Assembly (NCBI GenBank): GCA_964016885.1
Contig: OZ024740.1
Span: 61,690,001 to 61,754,000 of the forward strand
Direction: 5' to 3'
From: Eledone cirrhosa
Lineage: Eukaryota
Length of the DNA: 64,000 nucleotides
The notes under the pieces were generated by a model. It was not told the DNA's origin, did not search any database, and saw only the letters and a list, made by a program, of their open reading frames with translations. The first letter of the stretch is position 1, and every line of letters starts with the position of its first letter. Positions 1 to 11,785 of the stretch are shown here, piece after piece. The translations under genes and the position numbers were made by a program.

Positions 1-2690
1 CCCATAAGTATGCTAGAAATAGCAGCTATATATGGAGACTCTTATATACACGGGAATGCTTATGGTGGTGCATAGGTGTGCCAGAAACATCAGCTAAATT
101 GGGGGAGCCTCATGGTGGTCTTCATGTTTCCTAGAACTAGCATCTAAACAAGGGGAACCTGACGTGGTCCATTGGTGTGCCAAAAATAGGTGCTAATTAG
201 AGGAACCCCATAGTGGTCCATACATGTGCTAGAAATAGCACCTTAATAGGGGAACCTCATGGGGGTCAACAGTTGTCGAATAAATAGCAGCTAAATAAAG
301 GAAACGTCATGGTGTTCAATAGCTGTGCTAGAAATAGCAGCAAAATAGGGGTAACCTCATGGTGTTCCATAGGTGTGCCAGAAATAGGAAATAAATAGGG
401 AACCTCATGGTGGTAATTAGGTGTGCTAGAAATAGCAGCTACACAAACTAAACAGGTGGAACCTCGTGGTGGTTCATTGGTGTTATAGAAATAGAAGCAA
501 AATAGGGGGAACCTGTTGGTGGTCCATAGGTATACTAGAAATAGAAGCTAAATAGGGGTCACCTGATGATGACCAATAGGTTGTCTTGAAATAACACTAA
601 ATAAGGGATTTCCTCATGGTGGTCCATAAGTCTACTAGAAATAGCAGCTAAATATTGACAATAGGTGTGCTAGAAGTAAGAGTAACATCAGTTAAACAGG
701 GGAAATATTATGGCGGTCATTAGGTGTGCTAGAAATAGCAGCTACACCAGCTAAAGATAGCAGCAAAATAGGGCGAACCTCATGGTGGTCCATAAGTGTG
801 CTAGAAATAGCAGCTAAATAGGTGGAAATAACTTCATAGTGGTCCATAGGTGTGCTAGAAAGAGAAGCTAATTAGGGAACCTCATGGTGGTCCATATGTG
901 TGCTGGAAATAGCAGTTAAATAGAGGGAACCTCACAGTGGTCCATATGTTTGCTAGAAATAGCAGCTAAATAGGGGAACATCTTGGTGGTCCATAGGTGT
1001 ATTAGAGATAGCAGCTAAATAAAGGAAACCTCATGGTTTTCAATAGGTGTTCTAGAAATAGCAGGTATGTAGGGGTAACCTCATGTGGTCCATAGATGTG
1101 TTAGAAATAGCAGCTGAATAGGGAGTACATCATTGTTGTCCATAGGTGTGCTAGAAATAGCAGCTTAATATGAGAACCGTGATGGTGGTCCATATGTGTT
1201 CCACAAATGTCAGCTAAACAGGGGGAGCCCCATGGTGGTCCATTGATGTGCTATAAATAGCAGCGGCATCTGGTAAATAGGGGAAACCTCATGTTTGCTA
1301 GAAGTAGCAGCTACATCAGCTAAACAAGGGGACCCTCATGGTCCATAGTTGTTCTAGAATTAACAACTAAGAGGTGAAACCTTATGGTAGTTCATAGGTG
1401 TGCTAGTAATCGCAGCTACATCAGCTAAACGGGGAACCTCATGGTGGTCCATAGATGTGCTAGAAATAGCAGCTAAAAGGGGGAACTTAATGGAGGTCCA
1501 TAGGTGTGCTAGAAAGAGCAGCTACATCAACTTAACTAGAAAGCTTATTGTGGTCTATAGGTGTGCTATAATAGCAGCTAAATCGCTGGCAACCTATGGT
1601 GGTTTATAGGTTTGCTAGAAACAGTAACAAAATAGGGTGAATTTTATATTGGTCCATAAATAGCACCTACTTCAGTTAAATAGGAACTTCATCTTGATCC
1701 ATTAGTGTGGTAGAAATAGCAGCTAAGTAGGTGGAACATCTTGGGTGACCATAGGTGTGCTAGAAATAGCAGCTACATCACCTAAACAGGAGAGACCTTA
1801 ATGTGGTCCATAGATGTGCTAGAAATGCTTCTAAATAAGGTGAACATCTTGAGGGTTCATAGGTCTGCTAAATATTGCAGCTAAATAGGGAACCTTTTGG
1901 TGGTCCTTAGGTGTGCTAGAAATAGCTGCTAAATAGAACCTCATAGTGCTCCATAGGTGTGCTAGAAATAGCAGCCAAATAAGGAGAAACTCATGGTGCT
2001 CCATAAGTGTGCTAGAAATAGCAGCTAAATAGGGAGAAACTCATGGTGCTCCATAAGTGTGCTAGAAATAGCAGCCAAATAGGGAGAAACTCATGGTGCT
2101 CCATAGGTGTGCTAGAAATAGCAGCCAAATAGGGAGAAACTCATGGTGCTCCATAGGTGTGCTAGAAATAGCAGCTATATAGGTCGAACTTCATAAAGGT
2201 CCATAGGTTTGCTAAATATATCAGCTAACTTGGGGGAACCTCTTATTTTTCCATAGGTGTTCTAGAAATAGCAGCTAAATAGGTGGTCCATTGATGTGCT
2301 AGAAATAGCAGCTACATCAGCTAAACAGGGGGAACCTCATGGTGTTTCATAGGTGTTCTAGAATTAGCAGCTAAATAGGTAGAACCTTATGGTGGTTCAT
2401 AGGTATGTTAGTAATAGCAGCTACATCAGCCAAACAGGGGAAATCACATGGTGATCTATAGGTGTGCTAGACGTAGCAGCTACATCAGCTAAACAGGTGG
2501 TACATTATTGTGGTCCATAGATGTGCAAGAAATGCATTCTGCATCAGCTAAATAGGGGGAACCTCATGGGTGTCCATATGTTTGCTAGAAGTAGCAGCTA
2601 CATCAGCTAAACAATGGAAGCCTTGTGGTCCGTAGTTGTGCTAGAAATAGTAGCTATGTCAGCTAAACTTTATGGTGATCCATAGGTTTT
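1..2690. repeat. Diverged satellite, ~50-bp unit (ccataggtgtgctagaaatagcagctaaataggggaacctcatggtggt) with a ~59-bp variant carrying an extra acatcagct
   Basis: The motif gtgtgctagaaatagcagc recurs throughout. There is an exact 50-bp period at 1951, 2001, 2051, 2101 and 2151. Confidence 0.95.
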
Positions 2691-2764
2691 CTCTTGGGGC
2701 TAAACAGCATCAGTCCTTGAGTGAAACAACATTGTCCTGGGGCTAAACAACATTAGTCCTGGGG

Positions 2765-2830
2765 TGGTGGATTGGCAGTATCGGTAGAGCGTCATGCACT
2801 ATGCTTTGCAGCATATAGTTACAGCCCTTT
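2765..2830 (+). mobile_element. 5' fragment of the tRNA-headed SINE family seen at 48146
   Basis: ggcagtatcggtagagcgtc...atgctttgcagcat matches the head of the copies at 48146 and 49632. Confidence 0.55.
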
Positions 2831-2910
2831 CAGGAATTAAAAATATATATATATACGTGTGTGTATGTATATATATATATACATGTGTATTTGTATATAT
2901 ATATATATAC

Positions 2911-2954
<44 letters not shown>

Positions 2955-2980
2955 GTGTGTGTATATATATATATATATAT

Positions 2981-5900
2981 CATCATCATCATTCATCATC
3001 ATCATTTTACGTCCGCTTTTCCCTGCTTGCAAGGGTGGGACGGGTCTTATTCAGCACAGCATCTCTCCACTCGTCACGGTCCCTCGTCATCTCCACCGTG
3101 AGCTTCAATGATCTGAGGTCTGTTCTCACCACCTCCGCCCATGTTTTTCGTGGTCTACCTCTACCACGTCTTCCTTCAACTGGCATTTCCTGGCACTTCT
3201 TCACCCATCGGTCATCCTCCATGCGCATCACATGTCCATACCACCTCAGTCTCCTCTCCCGTACACTACATTCTATCCCTCTCAGACACAGTTTCTCTCT
3301 CAACACATTTATGCTGGGTCGTTCACGCACATTTACACTGCACATCCAACGGAGCATGCTTGCCTCATTTCTCTCCAGCCGTCGCATATCTTCTGCGGTA
3401 GCTGCCCATGTCTCACTACCATGCAGCATCGCGCTCCTCACACAGGCATCATACAACCGGCCTTTCGTACGCAGGGAGAAACCCTTCTTCGTCAACAGAG
3501 GAAGCAGCTCCCTAAACTTCTTCCAACCCGTCCTTATTCTAGATACTATGGCCTCGGAACACGCTCCTCCCATGCTAATCTGATCTCCTAGGTACCGGAA
3601 GCTATCCACCACTTCTATAGCGCCCTCTCGCATTTGAAAAATGTGTCTATCAGTGCGACTTCTACTGTCTAACTTCCCTGTACATCTACTGCATACATAT
3701 TTCTCCCTACCTGTTAGTTTGCCTGCTATCCCGCTACATCTCTTGTGTACCCAGGACCTACATTGTGTGCATTTTATAGAATTTATGCCAGTTCCTTTTC
3801 TGCATATCGAACATGGCCATTTCCCTGACGGAATCAGGGTTTTGTCCTCTTTTCTACTCATCAACACTTTTGTCTTAGCTAGATTTACTCTCAGTCCTCT
3901 TGCTTCCAACTGCTGTTTCCATAGCCGGAATTTATTCTCTAGCTCCTCTACTGATTCTGCCATAAGAGCCAGATCGTCAGCATAGAGAAGTTCCCATGGA
4001 CAGCCAGTCTTAAACTCCTCTGTTATGGCTTGGAGGACTATAATGAACAAGAGCGGGCTGAGGACCGAACCCTGATGTACTCCTACTTGTATCTGGAATT
4101 CCTCACTAAACTCCATTCCTACCCTGACTTTACTGAGAGTACCTCTGTACAAAGTTTGCACTGTCCTTACAAGCCATTCCTCAACACCCAGCTTCCATAG
4201 GGACCACCAGATGACAGATCGGGGTACCCTATCAAAGGCCTTCTCTAGGTCAACAAAGGCTAAGTATAGTGGCTTATTCTTCTCTAAGAACCTCTCTTGC
4301 ATTTGTCTCACCAAGAAGAGGGCATCTGTTGTACTCTTCCCAGGCACAAAACCAAACTGCATCTCATCTAGTTTGACCCTTTCTCTAATTAGTTGTGCTA
4401 AAATCCTTTCTGCCACTTTCATAACCTGATCTATCAGTTTTATACCCCTATAATTGCTCCTCTCCAAAGCATCCCCTTTACCTTTGTAGCAATTTATGAG
4501 AATACTGCTGCACCAGTCTTTGGGTATGACACCACCATATATAGCCTGATTGATTATGCGTGCAACCAGTTTAGTGCCTACGTCCCCTGATGCCTTCAGC
4601 ATCTCAGCAACTATTCCCGATGGTCCGGCCGCCTTACCATTTTTCATTTCCCTAATCACCTCTTGGACCCTATATTCGTCAATCTCAATAGCTGGTCTCT
4701 CTGTCGGATCTACCAAGGGTAATTTCTCTCTCTCCCATTCGTTCTCCACATTCATCAGTCTCTCATAATGACATTTCCAGGCCTCCTTTTTTTTTTTTTT
4801 CTGGTCATTCGTGACACTAAGTACACCGGCATCATCCCGGACACATTTATCACCAACAACATCCTGATTTGCATTGACACACTGCCTTGCAATGTGAAAC
4901 ACCGCACGCCTCTGATCTTCCCGTCGCAGAACATTGGCAAACCTCCTACTCTCTGCCTCCCTGCGTGCTAAGTACACCTGACGTCTAGCTTCTCTCTTAG
5001 TGGCTGTATATTCTTCCCTACTCCCACCCTTATTCCAAGCCTTCCATGCTAGTCTTTTGTCTCTAATAGCCTTATCTACACTGCTGTTCCACCACCAGGT
5101 CACTCTCTGTCTGGTTGGAGCTCTGCTCCAGCCACAGGTTTCATCAGTAGCCTTCAGCAAGTTGTCACGTAAGAACTTCCAGTTATTATCTATGTCATAC
5201 GTCTCTAAATCGTCTTCTTTTTCGTCATATACATCTTGAAGGGCTTTCCTAAATTTGAATTTTAATGAAAGGTCTTTTAGCTTCCAGACCTTTCTTCTCC
5301 ACACCTTCCTATATGTCTCATTCCATCTCTTGCTTACTGAGATATCACTAACAACTAACCTATGCTGTGGGGTACATTCTTCCCCAGGGTATGCCTTGGT
5401 ATTAGACACTATCTGCCTGTCCCGCTGCCTAACTAGCAGGAAGTCAATCTGGCTTATGTGCTCACCAGATTTGTAGGTTATTAAGTGATTGGCAGGTTTC
5501 TGGAAGTTTGTGTTGCAAATAGTCAATGTACTTGCATCACAAAATTCAAGAAGTCTCACTCCTTCTTCATTTCTTGAACCGTAACCGTGCCCACCATGTA
5601 CCCCAGTGTAACCATCCTGGAGCTGTCCAACATGACCATTGAAGTCTCCTGCTAGCATAACGATGTCTCCGTCCTCTGTCATTGTGGTTGTTTGCAAAAG
5701 TTGCTCATAAAAGCAGTCTTTCTCATCTTTGCCTAGGCCTGCTTGGGGAGCATAGACCGAGATGATTGTCAGTAGTCTCCTACCTACAACTAATCTAAGC
5801 TTAATTATTCGATTACTAACTCGAACTACCTCTATTGTCTTATTGATCCATTTCTCAGCCAGGAAAATGCCTACTCCCCCTAACCCATCATCCTTACCTA

Positions 5901-6183
5901 CCCAGAATAGCTTATAGCTAAGACGCTTGCCTACGACTAGTCTCGCAGAGGCACCCCTCCATCTCACCTCTTGCACGCAGCACACATCCACCTGCCTTCT
6001 CTCCAGCATCTCCGCTATTTCAGCAGACCTACCTCTGAGAGTGCCAACATTAAGTGTTGCAACTCTGAGATGCGACGTCTTCATATTTTTCTATGCTGTT
6101 TTGTTGCTGTGCTGATAAGCTTTTTGGCATTGATACACTGGTTGGATGCCCTTCCTAACACCAGCGCCACTTTACAGCACTTT
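2981..6183 (-). mobile_element. Full-length RTE-clade LINE, family A, inserted in a compound (TA)n array
   Basis: About 100 bp of 5' UTR, a single APE-RT ORF, and a (GAT)n tail immediately after the stop. Both flanks carry the same variant microsatellite motifs (tacgtgtgt, atttgtata). Confidence 0.95.
3007..6084 (-). CDS. RTE-clade ORF (1025 aa): APE endonuclease + reverse transcriptase + PHD-type finger
   Basis: APE motifs (TLNVGTL, CVQE, AGDFNGH, QIDF, QHRLV). RT motifs ([43 protein letters not shown]). RTE-type C-terminus ([19 protein letters not shown]). No internal stops. Confidence 0.95.
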   Translation of the reverse strand: MKTSHLRVATLNVGTLRGRSAEIAEMLERRQVDVCCVQEVRWRGASARLVVGKRLSYKLFWVGKDDGLGGVGIFLAEKWINKTIEVVRVSNRIIKLRLVVGRRLLTIISVYAPQAGLGKDEKDCFYEQLLQTTTMTEDGDIVMLAGDFNGHVGQLQDGYTGVHGGHGYGSRNEEGVRLLEFCDASTLTICNTNFQKPANHLITYKSGEHISQIDFLLVRQRDRQIVSNTKAYPGEECTPQHRLVVSDISVSKRWNETYRKVWRRKVWKLKDLSLKFKFRKALQDVYDEKEDDLETYDIDNNWKFLRDNLLKATDETCGWSRAPTRQRVTWWWNSSVDKAIRDKRLAWKAWNKGGSREEYTATKREARRQVYLARREAESRRFANVLRREDQRRAVFHIARQCVNANQDVVGDKCVRDDAGVLSVTNDQKKKKKEAWKCHYERLMNVENEWEREKLPLVDPTERPAIEIDEYRVQEVIREMKNGKAAGPSGIVAEMLKASGDVGTKLVARIINQAIYGGVIPKDWCSSILINCYKGKGDALERSNYRGIKLIDQVMKVAERILAQLIRERVKLDEMQFGFVPGKSTTDALFLVRQMQERFLEKNKPLYLAFVDLEKAFDRVPRSVIWWSLWKLGVEEWLVRTVQTLYRGTLSKVRVGMEFSEEFQIQVGVHQGSVLSPLLFIIVLQAITEEFKTGCPWELLYADDLALMAESVEELENKFRLWKQQLEARGLRVNLAKTKVLMSRKEDKTLIPSGKWPCSICRKGTGINSIKCTQCRSWVHKRCSGIAGKLTGREKYVCSRCTGKLDSRSRTDRHIFQMREGAIEVVDSFRYLGDQISMGGACSEAIVSRIRTGWKKFRELLPLLTKKGFSLRTKGRLYDACVRSAMLHGSETWAATAEDMRRLERNEASMLRWMCSVNVRERPSINVLREKLCLRGIECSVRERRLRWYGHVMRMEDDRWVKKCQEMPVEGRRGRGRPRKTWAEVVRTDLRSLKLTVEMTRDRDEWRDAVLNKTRPTLASREKRT

Positions 6184-6264
6184 ATATATATATATATATA
6201 TATATATACGTGTGTATATATATACACATGTATATTTGTATATATATATATATATATACGTGTG

Positions 6265-6323
<59 letters not shown>

Positions 6324-6374
6324 GTGTATTTGTATATATGTATATATATATATATATATACATGTGTATTTGTA

Positions 6375-6413
<39 letters not shown>

Positions 6414-6422
6414 GTGTGTATT

Positions 6423-6469
<47 letters not shown>

Positions 6470-6480
6470 GTGTATGTATG

Positions 6481-7599
6481 CCCATGCTCAGTGTGTAGGA
6501 AAGGAGTAGGCAGAAACTCTATTTTATGTCCCAAATGCAAAGTATGGGTGCATAAAAGATGTAGTGAGATCACAGGTAAGCTAACTAAGAATATAGATTT
6601 TATATGTGGCTGGTGCTCTGGTGCAATAAGTAGCATCAAGTGCCTACAGAATACTAGCTCATTCCATTGCACAGATGGTTCTATAGAAATAGTAGACACC
6701 TTCCGTTACCTGGGTGACAAAATCAGTAGTGGTGGAGGGTGCTCTGAAAGTACAGTAGCTAGAGTCAGAACGGGATGGAAAAAGTTCAGAGAGCTTATAC
6801 CACTATTGGCCGCTAAAGGGTTCTCTCTAAAAATTAAAGGCAGGCTGTATGATGCCTGTATACGAATAGCAATGTTACATGGCAGTGAGACTTGTGCATT
6901 GTGTGCAGAGGATATACGCAGACTGGAGAGGAACGAAGCTTGCATGCTCCGTTGGATGTGTAATAGTAATATACGTGAACGGCAAAGCATAAACGAACTA
7001 AGGGAAAAATTAGGAATAAGAGGAATCAGATGTTGTTTACTTGAGAGAAGACTACGTTGGTATGGTCACGTGATGCGCATGAAAGACGACAGCTGTATAA
7101 AAAAGTGCAGGGCAATAAAAATAGACGGTAGCCGCGGAGTAGGCAGACCCAGAAAAACCTGGGACGACTTGATAAATTCCGACCTCACACACTTACACCT
7201 CTCCAAGACAATGTGACTGGACCGAGATCTTTGGCACTACACAGTAATACAGAAGACCCGCCTTGCCTAAGTACAAAGCGAAACCTACAGTCAGTAGGAA
7301 CCTCTAACAAAAATACACCCCTGTCCCACCACCCCCACACCATCCACCCCACCCCTTTCGATGTAAAGTTATGTTGGTACCACAACATCCAATCCGAAAT
7401 AAATGAGGTCGTGTAGGTAACATGGTAAAAACCTCCCACTGTGGTTGGTGTTAGGAAGGGCATCCAGCCGTAGAAAACCCGCCAGACTGTCCTATACGAG
7501 CAAAAGACAACCAATCTTGCCTCAAGTGGGAAAATTCCCGTCCAAACCCATGCAAGCGTGGAAGATGGACGTTAAACGATGATGATGATGATGATGATG
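6481..7599 (+). mobile_element. 5'-truncated RTE LINE related to family B, with 3' UTR and (GAT)n tail
   Basis: Translation PCSVCRKG...FRYLG...RRLRWYGH. Premature TGA at 7214-7216. The 3' UTR is homologous to 32222-32726. Confidence 0.92.
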
Positions 7600-7611
7600 T
7601 AGATATTTATA

Positions 7612-7649
<38 letters not shown>

Positions 7650-8204
7650 CATATATATATTTTGTCAATACTGATTAATTATTTTTGTATGTTTATTTTG
7701 TCATATTATTTTTGTCATATTACTTAAGTAAATAGTTAGTTAAAATATATTCATAACATGTGTAGTATATAGCCAGCGTCTCGATTATCGTAGATATTTT
7801 TCCCACCAGCCCTCCCCCACACTTCGCCTTAACAAAGTCCAATCAAAAACAAAACTGCCATATAAACCTAACCACATTACACACACCTCCACACCCAACT
7901 ATCTTCTAATCCTAACAACCCCCTCTTCCAGAATGAAACCTATTGCTACTTTAGCAACCACTGACACATATGCAAATAGCATTGACCAGTTAGTAATATC
8001 TGAACAAAGTAATGAACAAAGTAATGAACAAGGTCAAGTGAGATTGTGTGTGTTCCTGCTGTGAGCCCGGCACATATCTTTCCTCAGAGCAGTGTCATCC
8101 AGTAACGGTTTCCTCAACTATGGGTTCTGCATGGCTGCTGGCCTGTCCCTCTTCATGCTGGTTCCATCCGATGCTGGGCCAGAAAACTATGGCTATGCTG
8201 TGAG

Positions 8205-8545
8205 TTGGGTTAAGCTCCTTGTGTCGGTGCTATCCAGTATTGGGTTAAGCTCCTTGTGTCGGTGCTATCCAGTATTGGGTTCAGCTCCTTGTATCGGTGC
8301 CATCCAGTATTGGGTTCAGCTCCTTGTATCGGTGCCATCCAGTATTGGGTTCAGCTCCTTGTATCGGTGCCATCCAGTATTGGGTTAAGCTCCTTGTCTC
8401 GGTGCCATCCAGTATTGGGTTAAGCTCCTTGTGTCGGTGCTATCCAGTATTGGGTTAAGCTCCTTGTGTCGGTGCTATCCAGTATTGGGTTAAGCTCCTT
8501 GTATAGGTGCGATCCAGTATTGGGTTAAGCTCCTTGTATCGGTGT
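8205..8545. repeat. 35-bp minisatellite, about 9-10 copies
   Basis: Unit ttgggttaagctccttgtgtcggtgctatccagta repeated head to tail with few substitutions. Confidence 0.95.
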
Positions 8546-9008
8546 TTTGTGTGTGGGTGTATGTGTGTATTGTGGTGTAATTGGTGGGGCAGCTATGTGG
8601 GTGTGTATTCAAAGATATTTGTGTGCATGTTTGCATGAGAGTGCGAGCATTTAAGGATCGATACTGGAGTTGGGTCACCTTGAGCCAATCGTCTGCGAAA
8701 CGCACGTAACAGGTCGATATGCAATAAATATTTTTCATATGAAAATGAAACTTCCTCGTTTTTTTTCTATTATAAACACTCTGCCCGTGCATAAAGTGCT
8801 TCATTTGGTACCAACACCAGTATTTCACTGTACTACCCATACATATATATATATATATATATATTTTTGAGTATATGTTGGTTGTATACCAACACCTCAG
8901 TATGCAGATTGGAGCACTCGACGAAGTGCGCAGGTTGGTTTGGTTACTCCGGAGTAATGTAAAATAAACTAAAATAAATCCAATGTTTAAAATTTGGCTT
9001 CGTTTATT

Positions 9009-9063
9009 ACTGCTATATATATTTCGGTGACAGCCATCTTTGGCTGTGACCTCTTCAGGTAAT
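9009..9063 (-). ncRNA. Minimal type I hammerhead ribozyme (copy with weakened stem I)
   Basis: Minus strand reads attac-CTGAAGA-ggtcacagcc aaagat ggctgtcacc-GAAA-tatata-TA-gcagt. Confidence 0.65.
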
Positions 9064-10504
9064 CCGAATTAGTGTGGTAGAGACGAGTACACATGTTGTT
9101 GAGGTGTTTAACTTTGTCAACACTCTGATATGCCTAGTTCCTGGTTGGGTTGTTATTTCACTGAGGAACTGGAATCGTATGAATTTAAACAAACGAATTT
9201 CAGCATCAAAGGACTTCTTCTCCCATTGGTCAGTTGTGAGACATTCCTCAGTCAAAAGTCTATAGAAATTCGTTCTGAGGAGAGGCAATCTGTAGTGGTT
9301 GTTCTTGTTATTGTTAAGTACATCTGACCTCTACTCTTATGTTGGTAGTGGTGTTGGTGTTGGAGTCAGCTCAAAAAAATGATAAAGTGGTAGAAGGAAT
9401 AAGATGGTAAAGGAACAGAATAAAATAAGATAATCAAATAAAATGTGTGTGTGTTATACCCAATCTCAATGTTAGAAATATTTGTAAGGTCACTCCTCCC
9501 ATTGGTCAGTTGTGAGAACATTCCTCAGTCAAAAGTCTATAAAAATTCTTTCTGGGGTGAGGCTACCTGTAGTGTTTGTTTTTGCTATTGTTAAGTACAT
9601 CTGACCTCTACCCTTATTTTGGTAGTGGTGTTGGTGCTGTGGTCAGCCTAGGTCTTACTGCTGCTGACATTTAGAAATAAGTGTGTGTGTTTCTTCATCC
9701 ATCCTGCCACCATTTCTTGTGGTGGTGGTGGGGCTGTGCCATGCATATGAAGAAATAGAAGGCAATAAAATGAAGAAAACAAAATAAATAATAAATATAA
9801 AATAAATGAAAAATTAATGAAAAATAAAAATGAAGATTCAAATAAGATAAAATGTGTGTGTGCTATAACCAATCTCAAAGTCAGAAAGATGTTGGATAAA
9901 GTGGCAGGTGGAACAAGATGGTAAAAGAATAAAACAAAATAAAATAATCAAATAAAATGTGTGTGTGTTATAACCAATCTCAATGTTAGAAAGATTTGCA
10001 AGGTCACTCCTCCCATTGGTCAGTTGTGAGAGCATTTCTCAGTCAAAAGTCTATAGAAATTCTTTCTGTAGTGTTTGTTTTTGCTATTGTTAAGTACATA
10101 TGACCTCTACCCTTATTTCGGCAGTGGTGTTGGTGCTGCGGTCAGCCCAGGTCTTGCTGCTGCTGACATTAAGAAGTATCTGTGTGTGTTTTTTCATCCA
10201 TCCTGCCACCATTTCTCGTGGTGGGGGGGGGGGGGGGCAAGCATATGAAGAAATAGAAGGCAATAAAGTGAAGAAAACAAAACAAATGAAAAATAAAAAA
10301 TTAAAAAATGAAGATTCAAGTAAAATAAAATGTGTGTGTGTTATAAAGATGTTGGCCAAATTAGAAAGGCTGTGTCAGAATCAATCTCTAGGCTATCATG
10401 GTGTCTGCTCAGCCTGGGTGGGTCCCTATAGCTTGAGGGGAGTTCCCAACCTATGGTGTTGTTACTGCCCATATAGCTTGAGGGAGGTCCGGCCAAGAGG
10501 TGTC

Positions 10505-10880
10505 TGCATGTCACGAAGAAGTCGGTTCTGAGGTTTATCAGGCGACTTCCACCTCTTAGTATCTCAAGGGTCTCGTTCAGACATAGTTTGCATATGCCAG
10601 ATCCCCTTTTATCGGGTGGTACTTTCATGATTATGGACCAGTCCAGAGAGTACGGGGTCCTGTCCAGCTTAAGCTTCCAGATCAGGTCGGAAAGAGCCGT
10701 ACTTTTCCTTTTGGCCTCCTTATTAAAGGAATGGCGATGGTTATACCAATGGTCTTTAAAGCTCGTTGATGTGGCTCCTATGTAGAGGTGTTCGGAGTTG
10801 GGGGTTTTAACCCTACATCCGTATATTAGGTTCTTCTTAAAGCATTCATTACTAAGGGAGCATGATTCGGGGTTTCTGGC
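10505..10880 (-). pseudogene. Penelope-type GIY-YIG endonuclease C-terminal fragment
   Basis: CSLSNEC..NLIY...YIG.T..FK..W.NH..SF...STALS..IWKLK...C.LCL.E...IN.R.D...CRH matches the Penelope-like endonuclease pattern. The RT part is missing. Confidence 0.85.
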
Positions 10881-11312
10881 AGGGGTGACCTTACAAATCT
10901 TTCTAACATTGAGATTGGGTATAACACACACACATTTTATTTGATTATCTTATTTTATTTTGTTCCTTTACCATCTTATTCCTTCTACCACTTTATCATT
11001 TTTTTGAGCTGACTCCAACACCACTACCAACATAAGAGTAGAGGTCAGATGTACTTAACAATAACAAGAACAACCACTACAGATTGCCTCACCTCAGAAC
11101 AAATTTCTATAGACTTTTGACTGAGGAATGTTCTCACAACTGACCAATGAGAGGAGAAGATGTCTTTTGACGCTGAAATTTGTTTGTTTAAATTCATATG
11201 ATTCCAGTTCCTCAGTGAAATAACAACCCAACCAGGAACTGGGCATATCAGAGTATTGACAAAGTTAAACACCTCAACAACATGTGTACTCGTCTCTACC
11301 ACACTACTTCGG

Positions 11313-11367
11313 ACTGCCTGAAGAGGTCACAGCCAAAGATGGCTGTCACCGAAATATATATAGCAGT
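11313..11367 (+). ncRNA. Minimal type I hammerhead ribozyme
   Basis: actgc-CTGAAGA-[stem II ggtcacagcc/ggctgtcacc]-GAAA-tatata-TA-gcagt. Stem I actgc/gcagt is perfect and stem III is palindromic. Confidence 0.8.
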
Positions 11368-11409
11368 AATAAACGAAGCCAAATTTTAAACATTTGATAC
11401 ATTTTATTT

Positions 11410-11452
<43 letters not shown>

Positions 11453-11494
11453 AATTTATACACATTTATATATATATATATATATATATTGTCA

Positions 11495-11785
11495 TTTAGG
11501 TGTCATGACAAAAAGCACCCAGCCCACATTGTAAAGTGGTCGTGTAGGTGTCACAATAAAAAGCTCCCATACCACACTGTAAAGTGGTCTTATAGGTGTC
11601 ATGACAAAAAGCACTCACCACTCACTGTAAATCTGGTTGGCGTTAGGAAGGGCATCCAGCCATAGAAATCAAGCTGGAAAGAGTTCTGCCTGAGCAAGAC
11701 ATGGTCACCTGACCTGTCTTGCCTCAAATGGAACAACCCATCTAACCCATGCTAGCATGGAAAATGGACATTAAATGATGATGGT
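11495..11785 (+). mobile_element. Older 3'-end fragment related to the RTE family C 3' UTR (three ~50-bp subrepeats, aggaagggcatcc box, GAT tail)
   Basis: Similar to the reverse complement of 39601-39870. Ends aacccatgctagcatggaaaatggacattaaatgatgatg. Confidence 0.7.

Larger units (their letters stand above)
8870..11415 (-). mobile_element. 5'-truncated Penelope-like element (GIY-YIG remnant, internally repeated 3' region, inverted copy of its terminal repeat)
   Basis: GIY-YIG coding remnant at about 10505-10880. About 8961-9493 is the reverse complement of about 10885-11415. Each arm holds a hammerhead fold. The element is flanked by (TA)n. Confidence 0.85.

Noticed and set aside
1-2690. 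CRISPR-like look of the satellite and of the 35-bp array at 8205
   Set aside because: There are no unique spacers and no cas genes, and the context is eukaryotic.
8660-8730. cgaaacgcacgta followed by aataaa, resembling the 3' half of a hammerhead
   Set aside because: I could not find a CUGANGA-type box or a matching stem I upstream.
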